Source: the human T2T-CHM13v2.0 reference genome, Homo sapiens
Length of the DNA: 64,000 nucleotides
Assembly: GCF_009914755.1 (NCBI RefSeq)
Contig: NC_060933.1
Strand: one strand, 5' to 3'
The notes beneath the pieces were generated by a model. It was not told where the DNA came from. It was given only the letters and a program-made list of their open reading frames with translations, and ran no database searches. Made by a program: the position numbers and the translations under genes. Position 1 is the stretch's first letter, and every line of letters starts with the position of its first letter. Below, in pieces: positions 30,365-43,066 of this stretch.

Positions 30365-33050
30365 CCAATCAAGTTGATTCCATTCCATTCCATTCCATTC
30401 CATTCCATTCCATTCCACTCCATTCCAGTCCTTTCCATTCCATTCCACTCGTGTTGATTCCAATGTATTCCTTTCCATTCCATTCCATTCCATTGCAATC
30501 GAGTTGATTCCATTGCTTTGCATTCCATTCCATTCCATTCCATTCCGGATGATTCCATTCCATTGCATTGCATTCCATTCCATTCCCCTGCACTCGGGTT
30601 GATACCATTCCATTCCACTCCATTCCGTTCCATTCCATTCCATTCCATTGTATTCGGGTTAATTCCATTCCATTCCATTCCATTCCATTCCATTCCATTC
30701 CATTCCATTACAATCGAGTTTATTCCATTCCATTCCATTCCATTCCAGTCCTTTCCATTCCATTCCACTCGGGTTGATTCCACTCTATTAGTTTCCATTC
30801 CATTCCATTCCCTTCCATTCCACTCTGGTTGATTCCATTCCTTTCCATTCCACTCGAATACATTCCCTCCTATTCCACTCGGAACGATTCCATTCCATTC
30901 TATTCCATTCCATTCCAATCCATTCCATTCCATTTCGTTCCATTCCATTCCATTCCGTATCATTCCATTCCATTCCATTCCATTCCATTCCATTCCATTC
31001 CATTGTACTCGGGTTGATTCCATTCCATTGCATTCCATTCCATTCCATTCCATTCCATTCCATTCCGTTGCATTCCATTCCATTACATTCGGATTGATTC
31101 TATTCAACTCCCTTACTCTCCATTACATTCCATTCCATTCGGGTTGTTCCATTCCATTCCATTCCATTCCATTCCATTCCATTGCACTCGGGTTGATTCC
31201 ATTCCTTTCCATTCCATTCCATTCCATTCCGGATGATTACTTTCCATTGCATTCCGTTCCATTACATTCCCCTGCACTCGCGTTGATTCCATTCCATTCC
31301 ATTCCATTCCATTCAATTCCATTCCATTACAATTCGTTCCATTCTATTCTATTCCGTACCATTCCATTCCATTCCATGCCATTCCATTCCATTCCACTCC
31401 ATTCCATTCCGTTCCATTCCGTTCCATTCCATTCCATTCCATTCTATTCGGATTAATTCCATTCCATTCCATTCCATTCCATTCCATTCTATTCCACTCC
31501 ATTGCAATCGAGTTGAATCCATTGCATTTCATTCCATTCCATTCCATTCCATTCCATTCCATTCCATTCCATTCCGGAAGTTTCCATTCCATTGCATTCC
31601 ATTCCATTCCATTCCCCTGCACTCGCGTTGATTCCATTCCATTCCATTCCATTCCATTCCGTTCCCTTCCATTCTATTCCATTCCATTCCGTTCCGTTCC
31701 ATTCCATTCCATTCCATTCTATTCGGGTTAATTCCATTCCATTCCATTCGATTGCAATCGAGTTGATTCCATTCCATTCCATTCCATTCCATTCCATTCC
31801 ATTCCATTCCATTCCTTTCCATTCCATTACGGATGATTCCATTCCATTGCATTCCATTCCATTCCATTCCCCTGTACTCGGGTTGATTGCATTCCATTCC
31901 ATTCCAATCCATGCCATTCCACTCGTGTTGATTCCATTCTTTCCATTCCATTCAAGTTGAATCCATTCCATTACATTCCATTCAATTTGATTCCATTCGA
32001 TTGCACTCGGGTTGATTCCATTCCACTGCATTCCATTCCATTCAATTCCATTCCATTCCATTCCATTCCAATCCATTCCATTCCATTCCATTACATTACA
32101 TTCGGATTGATTCTATTCAATTCCCTTACAGTGCATTACATTCCATTCCATTCGGGTAGTTTCCATTCCATTCCATTCCATTCCTCTCCATTCCATTGCA
32201 CTCGGGTTGATTCCATTCCATTGCATTCCATTCCATTCCTTTCAATTCCATTCCGTTCCATTCAATTCCATTACATTCGGATTGATTCTATTCAACTCCC
32301 TTACTCTCCATTCCATTCCATTCCATTCACGTTGTTCCATTCCATTCCATTCCATTCCACTCCATTCCATTGCACTCGGGTTGATTCCATTCCATTCCAT
32401 TCCATTCCATTCCATTCCATTACAATTGAGTTGATTCCATTCCATTCCATTCCATTCCATTCCAGTCCTTTCCATTCCATTCCACTCGGGTTGATTCCAT
32501 TCTATTAGTTTCCATTCCATTCCATTGCCTTCCATTCCACTCTGGTTGATTCCATTCCTTTCCATTCCACTCGAATACATTCCCTCCTATTCCACTCGGA
32601 ACGATTCCATTCTATTCCATTCCATTCCATTCCATTCCATTCCATTCCATTTCGTTCCATTCCATTCTATTCCGTATCATTCCATTCCATTCCATTCCAT
32701 TCCATTCCATTCCATTCCATTCCATTCCATTGTACTCGGGTTGATTCCATTCCATTGCATTCCATTCCATTCCATTCCATTCCATTCCATTCCATTCCAT
32801 TCCGTTCCATTCCATTATATTCGGATTGATTCTTTTCAACTTCCTTACTCTCCATTCCATTCCATTCCATTCGGATTGTTCCATTCCATTCCATTCCATT
32901 CCACTCCATTCCATTGCACTCGGGTTGATTCCATTCCATTCCATTGCATTCCATTCCGGATGGTTCCATTCCATTGCATTCCGTTCCATTACATTCCCCT
33001 GCACTCGGGTTGATTCCATTCCATTCCATTCCATTCCATTCCATTCCATT
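30365..33050 (+). repeat. ~2.7-kb segment, copy 1 (copy 2 at ~35550-38300; offset ~5.18-5.24 kb)
   Basis: ORF pairs 30518/35694, 31513/36704, 31957/37148, 32525/37716. Private markers gattactttcc (31235/36426) and acagtgcattac (32128/37319). Confidence 0.88.
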
Positions 33051-35549
33051 CCATTCCATTCCTTTCCATTCCATTACGGATGATTCCATTCCATTGCATT
33101 CCATTCCATTCCATTCCCCTGTACTCGGGTTGATTCCATTCCATTCCATTCCAATCCATGCCATTCCACTCGTGTTGATTCCATTCTTTCCATTCCATTC
33201 AAGTTGAATCCATTCCATTGCATTCCATTCCATTCCATTCCCCTGCAGTCGGGTTGATTCCGTTCCCTTCCATTCCATTCCATTCCATTCCATTCCGTTC
33301 CGTTCCGTTCCATTCCATTCCATTCCATTCTATTCGGGTTAATTCCATTCCATTCCATTGCATTCCATTCCAATCGAGTTGATTCCATTCCATTCCATTC
33401 CATTCCATTCCACTCCATTCCAGTCCTTTCCATTCCATTCCACTCGGGTTGATTCCAATGTATTCCTTTCCATTCCATTCCATTCCATTGCAATCGAGTT
33501 GATTCCATTGCTTTGCATTCCATTCCATTCCATTCCATTCCGGATGATTCCATTCCATTGCATTCCATTCCATTCCATTCCATTCCATTCCATTCCATTC
33601 CATTCCGTTCCATTCCATTCCATTACATTCGGATTGATTCTATTCAATTCCCTTACACTCCATTACTTTCCATTCCATTCGGGTAGTTTCCATTCCATTC
33701 CATTCCATTCCTCTCCATTCGATTGCACTCGGGTTGATTCCATTCCATTGCATTCCATTCCATTCCATTCAATTCCATTCCGTTCCATTCCATTCCATTA
33801 CATTTGGATTGATTCTATTCAACTCCCTTACTCTCCATTACATTCCATTCCATTCGGGTTGTTCCATTCCATTCCATTCCATTCCACTCCATTCCATTGC
33901 ACTCGGGTTTATTCCATTCCATTCCATTCCATTCCATTCCATTCCAATCCATTCCATTCCGTTCCGTTCCGTTCCATTCCATTCCATTCCATTCTATTTG
34001 GGTTAATTCCATTCCATTCCATTCGACTGCAATCGAGTTGATTCCATTCCATTCTATTCCATTCCATTCCATTCCATTCCATTCCTTTCCATTCCATTCC
34101 ATTACGGATGATTCCATTCCATTGCATTCCATTCAATTCCATTCCCCTTTACTTGGGTTGATTCCATTGCATTGCATTCCAATCCATGCCATTCCACTCG
34201 TGTTGATTCCATTCTTTCCATTCCATTCAAGTTGAATCCATTCCATTGCATTCCATTCCATTCCATTCCCCTGCAGTCGGGTTGATTCCATTCCATTCCA
34301 TTCCATTCCATTCCATTCCATTCCGTTCCGTTCCATTACATTCCATTCCATTCTATTCGGGTTAATTCCATTCCATTCCATTCCATTCCATTCCAATCGA
34401 GTTGATTCCATTCCATTCAATTCCATTCCATTCCACTCCATTCCAGTCCTTTCCATTCCATTCCACTCTGGTTGATTCCAATCTATTCCTTTCCATTCCA
34501 TTCCATTCCATTGCAATCGAGTTGATTCCATTGCTTTGCATTCCATTCCATTCCATTCCATTCCGGATGATTCCATTCCATTGCATTCCATTCCATTCCA
34601 TTCCCCTGCACTCGGGTTGATTCCATTCCATTCCACTCCATTCCGTTCCATTCCATTCCATTGTATTCGGGTTAATTCCATTCCATTCCATTCCATTCCA
34701 TTCCATTACAATCGAGTTGATTCCATTCCATTCCATTCCATTCCAGTCCTTTCCATTCCATTCCACTCGGGTTGATTCCATTCTATTAGTTTCCATTCCA
34801 TTCCATTCCCTTCCATTCCACTCTGGTTGATACCATTCCTTTCCATTCCACTCGAATACATTCCCTCCTATTCAACTCGGAACGATTCCATTCCATTCCA
34901 TTCCATTCCATTCCATTCCATTCCATTCCATTTCGTTCCATTCCATTCTATTCCGTATCATTCCATTCCATTCCATTCCATTCCATTCCATTCCATTCCA
35001 TTCCATTCCATTGTACTCAGGTTGATTCAATTCCATTGCATTCCATTCCATTCCATTCCATTCCATTCCATTCCATTCCATTCCGTTCTATTCCATTCCA
35101 TTACATTCGGATTGATTCTATTCAACTCCCTTACTCTCCATTACATTCCATTCCATTCGGGTTGTTCCATTCCATTCCATTCCATTCCACTCCATTCCAT
35201 TGCACTCGGGTGTATTCCATTCCATTCCATTCCATTCCATTCCCTTCCTTTCCATTCCATTACGGATGATTCCATTCCATTGCATTCCATTCCATTCCAT
35301 TCCCCTGTACTCGGGTTGATTCCATTGCAATCCATGCCATTCCACTCGTGTTGATTCCATTCTTTCCATTCCATTCAAGTTGAATCCATTCCATTGCATT
35401 CCATTCCATTCCATTGCCCTGCATTCGGGTTGATTCCATTCCATTCCATTCCATTCCATTCCATTCCATTCCATTCCGTTCCTTTCCGTTCCATTCCATT
35501 CCATTCCATTCTATTCGGGTTAATTCCATTCCATTCCATTCCATTCCAT

Positions 35550-38300
35550 TCCAATCGAGTTGATTCCATTCCATTCCATTCCATTCCATTCCACTCCATT
35601 CCAGTCCTTTCCATTCCATTCCACTCGTGTTGATTCCAATGTATTCCTTTCCATTCCATTCCATTCCATTGCAATCGAGTTGATTCCATTGCTTTGCATT
35701 CCATTCCATTCCATTCCATTCCGGATGATTCCATTCCATTGCATTGCATTCCATTCCATTCCCCTGCACTCGGGTTGATACCATTCCATTCCACTCCATT
35801 CCGTTCCATTCCATTCCATTCCATTGTATTCGGGTTAATTCCATTCCATTCCATTCCATTCCATTCCATTCCATTCCATTCCATTACAATCGAGTTTATT
35901 CCATTCCATTCCATTCCATTCCAGTCCTTTCCATTCCATTCCACTCGGGTTGATTCCATTCTATTAGTTTCCATTCCATTCCATTCCCTTCCATTCCACT
36001 CTGGTTGATTCCATTCCTTTCCATTCCACTCGAATACATTCCCTCCTATTCCACTCGGAACGATTCCATTCCATTCCATTCCATTCCATTCCATTCCAAT
36101 CCATTCCATTCCATTTCGTTCCATTCCATTCCATTCCGTATCATTCCATTCCATTCCATTCCATTCCATTCCATTCCATTCCATTCCATTGTACTCGGGT
36201 TGATTCCATTCCATTGCATTCCATTCCATTCCATTCCATTCCATTCCATTCCATTCCGTTGCATTCCATTCCATTACATTCGGATTGATTCTATTCAACT
36301 CCCTTACTCTCCATTACATTCCATTCCATTCGGGTTGTTCCATTCCATTCCATTCCATTCCACTCCATTCCATTGCACTCGGGTTGATTCCATTCCTTTC
36401 CATTCCATTCCATTCCATTCCGGATGATTACTTTCCATTGCATTCCGTTCCATTACATTCCCCTGCACTCGCGTTGATTCCATTCCATTCCATTCCATTC
36501 CATTCAATTCCATTCCATTACAATTCGTTCCATTCTATTCTATTCCGTACCATTCCATTCCATTCCATGCCATTCCATTCCATTCCACTCCATTCCATTC
36601 CGTTCCATTCCGTTCCTTTCCATTCCATTCCATTCTATTCGGATTAATTCCATTCCATTCCATTCCATTCCATTCCATTCTATTCCACTCCATTGCAATC
36701 GAGTTGAATCCATTGCATTTCATTCCATTCCATTCCATTCCATTCCATTCCATTCCATTCCATTCCGGAAGTTTCCATTCCATTGCATTCCATTCCATTC
36801 CATTCCCCTGCACTCGCGTTGATTCCATTCCATTCCATTCCATTCCATTCCGTTCCCTTCCATTCCATTCCATTCCATTCCGTTCCGTTCCATTCCATTC
36901 CATTCCATTCTATTCGGGTTAATTCCATTCCATTCCATTCGATTGCAATCGAGTTGATTCCATTCCATTCCATTCCATTCCATTCCATTCCATTCCATTC
37001 CATTCCTTTCCATTCCATTACGGATGATTCCATTCCATTGCATTCCATTCCATTCCATTCCCCTGTACTCGGGTTGATTGCGTTCCATTCCATTCCAATC
37101 CATGCCATTCCACTCGTGTTGATTCCATTCTTTCCATTCCATTCAAGTTGAATCCATTCCATTACATTCCATTCAATTTGATTCCATTCGATTGCACTCG
37201 GGTTGATTCCATTCCATTACATTCCATTCCATTCAATTCCATTCCATTCCATTCCATTCCAATCCATTCCATTCCATTCCATTACATTACATTCGGATTG
37301 ATTCTATTCAATTCCCTTACAGTGCATTACATTCCATTCCATTCGGGTAGTTTCCATTCCATTCCATTCCATTCCTCTCCATTCCATTGCACTCGGGTTG
37401 ATTCCATTCCATTGCATTCCATTCCATTCCTTTCAATTCCATTCCGTTCCATTCAATTCCATTACATTCGGATTGATTCTATTCAACTCCCTTACTCTCC
37501 ATTCCATTCCATTCCATTCAGGATGTTCCATTCCATTCCATTCCATTCCACTCCATTCCATTGCACTCGGGTTGATTCCATTCCATTCCATTCCATTCCA
37601 TTCCATTCCATTCCAATTGAGTTGATTCCATTCCATTCCATTCCATTCCATTCCAGTCCTTTCCATTCCATTCCACTCGGGTTGATTCCATTCTATTAGT
37701 TTCCATTCCATTCCATTGCCTTCCATTCCACTCTGGTTGATTCCATTCCTTTCCATTCCACTCGAATACATTCCCTCCTATTCCACTCGGAACGATTCCA
37801 TTCTATTCCATTCCATTCCATTCCATTCCATTCCATTCCATTCCATTTCGTTCCATTCCATTCTATTCCGTATCATTCCATTCCATTCCATTCCATTCCA
37901 TTCCATTCCATTCCATTCCATTCCATTCCATTGTACTCGGGTTGATTCAATTCCATTGCATTCCATTCCATTCCATTCCATTCAATTCCATTCCATTCCA
38001 TTCCATTCCATTCCGTTCCATTCCATTCCATTCCATTCCATTCCGTTCCATTCCATTACATTCGGATTGATTCTTTTCAACTTCCTTTCTCTCCATTACA
38101 TTCCATTCCATTCGGATTGTTCCATTCCATTCCATTCCATTCCACTCCATTCCATTGCACTCGGGTTGATTCCATTCCATTCCATTGCATTCCATTCCGG
38201 ATGATTCCATTCCATTGCATTCCGTTCCATTACATTCCCCTGCACTCGGGTTGATTCCATTCCATTCCATTCCATTCCATTCCATTCCATTCCATTCCAT
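35550..38300 (+). repeat. ~2.7-kb segment, copy 2
   Basis: See copy 1. Also shares ccggaagtttcc, caattgagttg and gattcttttcaacttcc. Confidence 0.88.
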
Positions 38301-40050
38301 TCCATTCCATTCCCCTGCACTCGCGTTGATTCCATTCCATTCCATTCCATTCCATTCCATTCCATTCCTTTCCATTCCAGTCCTTTCCATTCCATTCCAC
38401 TCGGGTTGATTCCATTCTATTAGTTTCCATTCCATTCCATTCCCTTCCATTCCACTCTGGTTGATTCCATTCCTTTCCATTCCACTGGAATACATTCCCT
38501 CCTATTCCACTCGGAACGATTCCATTCCATTGCATTCCATTCAATTCCATTCCATTCCATTCCATTCCATTCCATTGCATTTCGTTCCATTCCATTCTAT
38601 TCCGTATCATTCCATTCCATTCCATTCCACTCGTGTTGATTTCATTCCTTTCCATTCCATTCGGTTTGAAGGCATTCCATTCCATTCCATTCCATTCCAT
38701 TCCATTCCAGTCCATTCCATTCCATTGTACTCGGGTTGATTCCATTCCATTGCATTCCATTCCATTCCATTCCATTCCATTCCGTTGCATTCCATTCCAT
38801 TTCATTCGGATTGATTCTATTCAACTCCCTTACTCTCCATTACATTCCATTCCATTCGGGTTGTTCCATTCCATTCCGTTCCATTCCACTCCATTCCATT
38901 GCACTTGGATTGATTCCATTCCATTCCATTCCATTCCATTCCATTCCATTCCATTCCATTCCGGATGATTCCATTCCATTGCATTCCGTTCCATTACATT
39001 CCCCTGCACTCGGGTTGATTCCATTCCATTCCATTCCATTCCATTCGATTCCATTCCATTCCAATTCTTTCCATTCCATTCTATTCCGTACCATTCCATT
39101 CCATTGCATACAATTCCATTCCATTCCATTCCACTCCGTTCCGTTCCGTTCCGTTCCATTCCGTTCCATTCCATTCCATTCCATTCTATTCGGTTTAATT
39201 CCATTCCATTCCATTCCATTCCATTCCATTCCATTCCATTCTATTCCATTCCATTGCAATCGATTTGAATCCATTGCATTCCATTCCATTCCATTCCATT
39301 CCATTCCGGAAGATTCCATTCCATTGCATTCCATTCCATTCCATTCCATTCCATTCCATTCCATTCCATTCCATTGTACTCGGGTTGATTCCATTCCATT
39401 GCATTCCATTCAATTCCATTCCATTCCATTCCATTCCATTCCATTCCATTCCATTCCGGATGATTCCATTCCATTGCATTCCGTTCCATTACATTCCCCT
39501 GCACTCGGGTTGATTCCATTCCATTCCATTCCATTCCATTCCATTCGATTCCATTCCATTCCCCTGCACTCGCGTTGATTCCATTCCATTCCATTCCATT
39601 CCATTCCATTCCATTCCATTCCTTTCCATTCCAGTCTTTTCCATTCCATTCCACTCGGGTTGATTCCATTCTATTAGTTTCCATTCCATTTCATTCCCTT
39701 CCATTCCACTCTGGTTGATTCCATTCCTTTCCATTCCACTCGAATACATTCCCTCCTAATCCACTCGGAACGATTCCATTCCATTCCATTCCATTCCATT
39801 CCATTCCATTTCGTTCCATTCCATTCTATTCCATATCATTCCATTCCATTCCATTCCATTCTATTCCATTCCATTCCATTCCATTCCACTCGTGTTGATT
39901 CCATTCCTTTCCATTCCATTCGGTTTGAAGGCATTCCATTCCATTCCATTCCATTCCATTCCATTCCATTCCATTGTACTCGGGTTGATTCCATTCCATT
40001 GCATTGCCTTCCATTCCATTCTATTACATTCCGTTCCATTCCATTCCATT
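38190..40050 (+). repeat. ~0.6-kb cassette repeated at ~1.26-kb spacing (38190-38800 and 39450-40050)
   Basis: cggtttgaaggc at 38662 and 39921. Same module order (cggatg, cccctgcactcggg, cccctgcactcgcg, ccagtc, ctattagttt, ggaacg). Confidence 0.7.
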
Positions 40051-43019
40051 CCGTTCCATTCCATTCCATTATATTCGGATTGATTCTATTCAATTCCCTT
40101 ACACTCCATTACATTCCATTCCATTCGGGTAGTTTCCATTCCACTCCATTAAATTCCTCTCCATTCCATTGCACTCGGGTTGATTCCATTACATTGCATT
40201 CCATTCCATTCCATTCAATTCCATTCCGTTCCATTCCATTCCATTACATTCGGATTGATTCTATTCAACTCCCTTACTCTCCATTACATTCAATTCCTTT
40301 CGAGTTGTTCCATTCCATTCCATTCCATTCCACTCCATTCCATTGCACTCGGGTTGATTCCATTCCATTCCATTCCATTCCATTCCGGAAGATTCCATTC
40401 CATTGCATTCCATTCCATTCCATTCCCCTGCACTCGCGTTGATCCCATTCCATTCCATTCCATTCCATTCCATTCCATTCCATTCCTTTCCTTTCCATTC
40501 CTTTCCATTCCATTCCATTCCATTCCAATCCATTGCATTCCGTTCCGTTCCGTTCCATTCAATTCCATTCCATTCTATTCGCGTTAATTCCATTCCATTC
40601 CATTCGATTGCAATCGAGTTGATTCCATTCCATTCTATTCCATTCCATTCCATTCCTTTCCATTCCATTACGGATGATTCCATTCCATTGCATTCCATTC
40701 CATTCCATTCTCCTGTACTCGGGTTGATTCCATTCCATTCCATTCCAATCCATGCCATTCCACTCGTGTTGATTCCATTCTTTCCATTCCATTCAAGTTG
40801 AATCCATTCCATTGCATTCCATTCCATTCCATTACCCTGCAGTCGGGTTGATTCCATTCCATTCCATTCCATTACATTCCATTCCATTGCATTCCGTTCC
40901 GTTCCATTCCATTCCATTCCATTCTATTCGGGTTAATTCCATTCCATTCCATTCCATTCCAATCGAGTTGATTCCATTCCATTCCATTCCATTCCACTCC
41001 ATTCCACTCCTTTCCATTCCACTCCACTCGGGTTGATTCCAATGTATTCCTTTCCATTCCATTCCATTCCATTGCAATCGAGTTGATTCCATTGCTTTGC
41101 ATTCCATTCCATTCCATTCCATTCCCTTCCTTTCCGTTCCATTCCATTCCATTCCATACCATTGCATTCCATTCCATTCCGTTCCATTCCGTTCCATTCC
41201 ATTCAATTCCATTCTATTCGGGTTAATCCCATTCCATTCCATTCCATTCCATTCTATTCCATTCCATTGCAACCTAGTTGAATCCATTGCATTTCATTCC
41301 ATTCCATTGCATTCCATTCCGGAAGATTCCATTCCATTGCATTCCATTCCATGCCATTCCCCTGCACTCGCGTTGATTCCATTCCATTCCATTCCATTCC
41401 ATTCCATTCCATTCCATTCCATTCCGTTAGGTTCTGTTCCATTCCATTCCATTCCGTTCCGTTCCGTTCCGTTCCGTTCCGTTCCATTCCATTCCATTCC
41501 ATTCCATTCCATTCCGTTCCGTTCCATTCCATTCCATTCCATTCCATTCCATTCCATTCCTTTCCATTCCATTACGGATGATTCCATTCCATTGCATTCC
41601 ATTCCATTCCATTCCCCTGTACTCGGGTTGATTCCATTCGATTGCATTCCAATCCATGCCCTTCCACTCTTGTTGATTCCATTCTTTCCATTCCATTCAA
41701 GTTGAATCCATTCCATTGCATTCCATTCCATTCGATTCCATTCGATTGCACTCGGGTTGATTCCATTCCATTGCATTCCATTCCATTCCATTCCATTCCA
41801 TTCCATTCCGTTCCTTTCCATTCTATTACATTCGGATTGATTCTATTCAATTCCCTTACACTCCATTAAGTTCCATTCCATTCGGGTAGTTTCCATTCCA
41901 TTCCATTCCATTCCTCTCCATTCCATTGCACTAGGGTTGATTCCATTCCATTGCATTCCATTCCATTCCATTCAATTCCATTCCGTTCCACTCCATTCCA
42001 TTACATTCGGATTGATTCTATTCAACTCCCTTTGTCCCCATTACATTTCATTCCATTCGGGTTGTTCCATTCCATTCCATTCCATTCCACTCCATTCCAT
42101 TGCACTGGGGTTTATTCCATTCCATTCTATTCCATTCCATTCCATTCCATTCCATTCCGGAAGATTCCATTCCATTGCATTCCATTCCATTCCATTCCCC
42201 TGCACTCGCGTTGATTCCATTCCATTCCATTCTATTCCATTCCATTCCTTTCGTTTCCATTCCATTCCATTCCATTCCATTCCATTCCGTTCCGTTCCGT
42301 TCCGTTCCGTTCCATTCCATTCCATTCCATTCTATTCGGGTTAATTCCATTCCATTCCATTCGATTGCAATCGAGTCGATTCCATTCCATTCCATTCCAT
42401 TCCATTCCATTCCATTCCTTTCCATTCCATTACGGATGATTCCATTCCATTGCATTCCATTCCATTCCATTCCCCTGTACTCGGGTTGATTCCATTCCAT
42501 TCCATTCCGTTCCATTCCATTCCATTCCATTCCATTCCATTCCATTCCATTCCATTCCATGCCATTCCACTCGGGTTGATTCCATTTGTTTCCATTCCAT
42601 TCGAGTTGAATCCATTCCATTCCATTCTATTCCAGTCGATTCCATTCCATTGCTCACGTGTTCATTCCATTCCATTCCATTCCATTCCATTCCATTTCGT
42701 TCCATTCCATTGTCTTCCGTAGTATTCCATTCCATTCCATTCCACTCCATTCCATGCCATTCCACTCGGGTTTATTCCATTCCTTTCCATTCCATTCGGG
42801 TTGAATTCATTCCATTCCATTCCATTCAATTCCATTACATTGCACTCGGGTTGATTCCATTCCATTCCATTCCATTTCAATCCATTCCCTTCCATTCCAT
42901 TTCATTCCATTCCATTCCATTCCATTCCATCCCATTTCATTCCATTCCATTCCATGCCATTCCACTCGGGTTGATTCCATTCCTTTCCATTCCATTCTAG
43001 TTGAACCCATTCCATTCCA

Positions 43020-43066
43020 TTCCATTCCATTCCATTCCATTGCACACGGAATGGAATGGAATGGAA
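43020..43066. other. Strand-switch (inversion) junction with perfect 19-bp inverted repeat and 9-nt spacer
   Basis: ttccattccattccattcc (43020-43038) + attgcacac + ggaatggaatggaatggaa (43048-43066). The left word cattgcacacgg(gttcattcc) is truncated at GG 43048-43049, which is also the start of the first GGAAT. Confidence 0.95.

Larger units (their letters stand above)
2085..42168. promoter_or_regulatory. Dispersed perfect three-unit heat-shock elements (nTTCn-nGAAn-nTTCn), ~37 copies in the left arm (plus 62870-62884 and 63713-63727)
   Basis: The word attccggaagattcc parses as aTTCc-gGAAg-aTTCc, e.g. 2085, 2190, 3028, 5751, 7048, 7886, 8930, 10249, 10927, 11590, 23963, 24760, 39303, 42154. 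Motif match only; binding is not shown. Confidence 0.6.
1..43047 (+). repeat. Satellite III (HSat3) array, CATTC-strand arm
   Basis: Continuous degenerate (CATTC)n with interspersed words cactcgggttga, caatcgagttga, ctattcgggttaa and cggatga. No unique sequence. The GGAAT pentamer plus CAACCCGAGT-type interspersions is the established Sat III signature. Confidence 0.97.

Noticed and set aside
43039-43049. Transposon insertion or target-site duplication at the inversion junction
   Set aside because: Every base is accounted for by satellite words on either side; there is no Alu/L1 fragment, poly(A) or duplicated target site.
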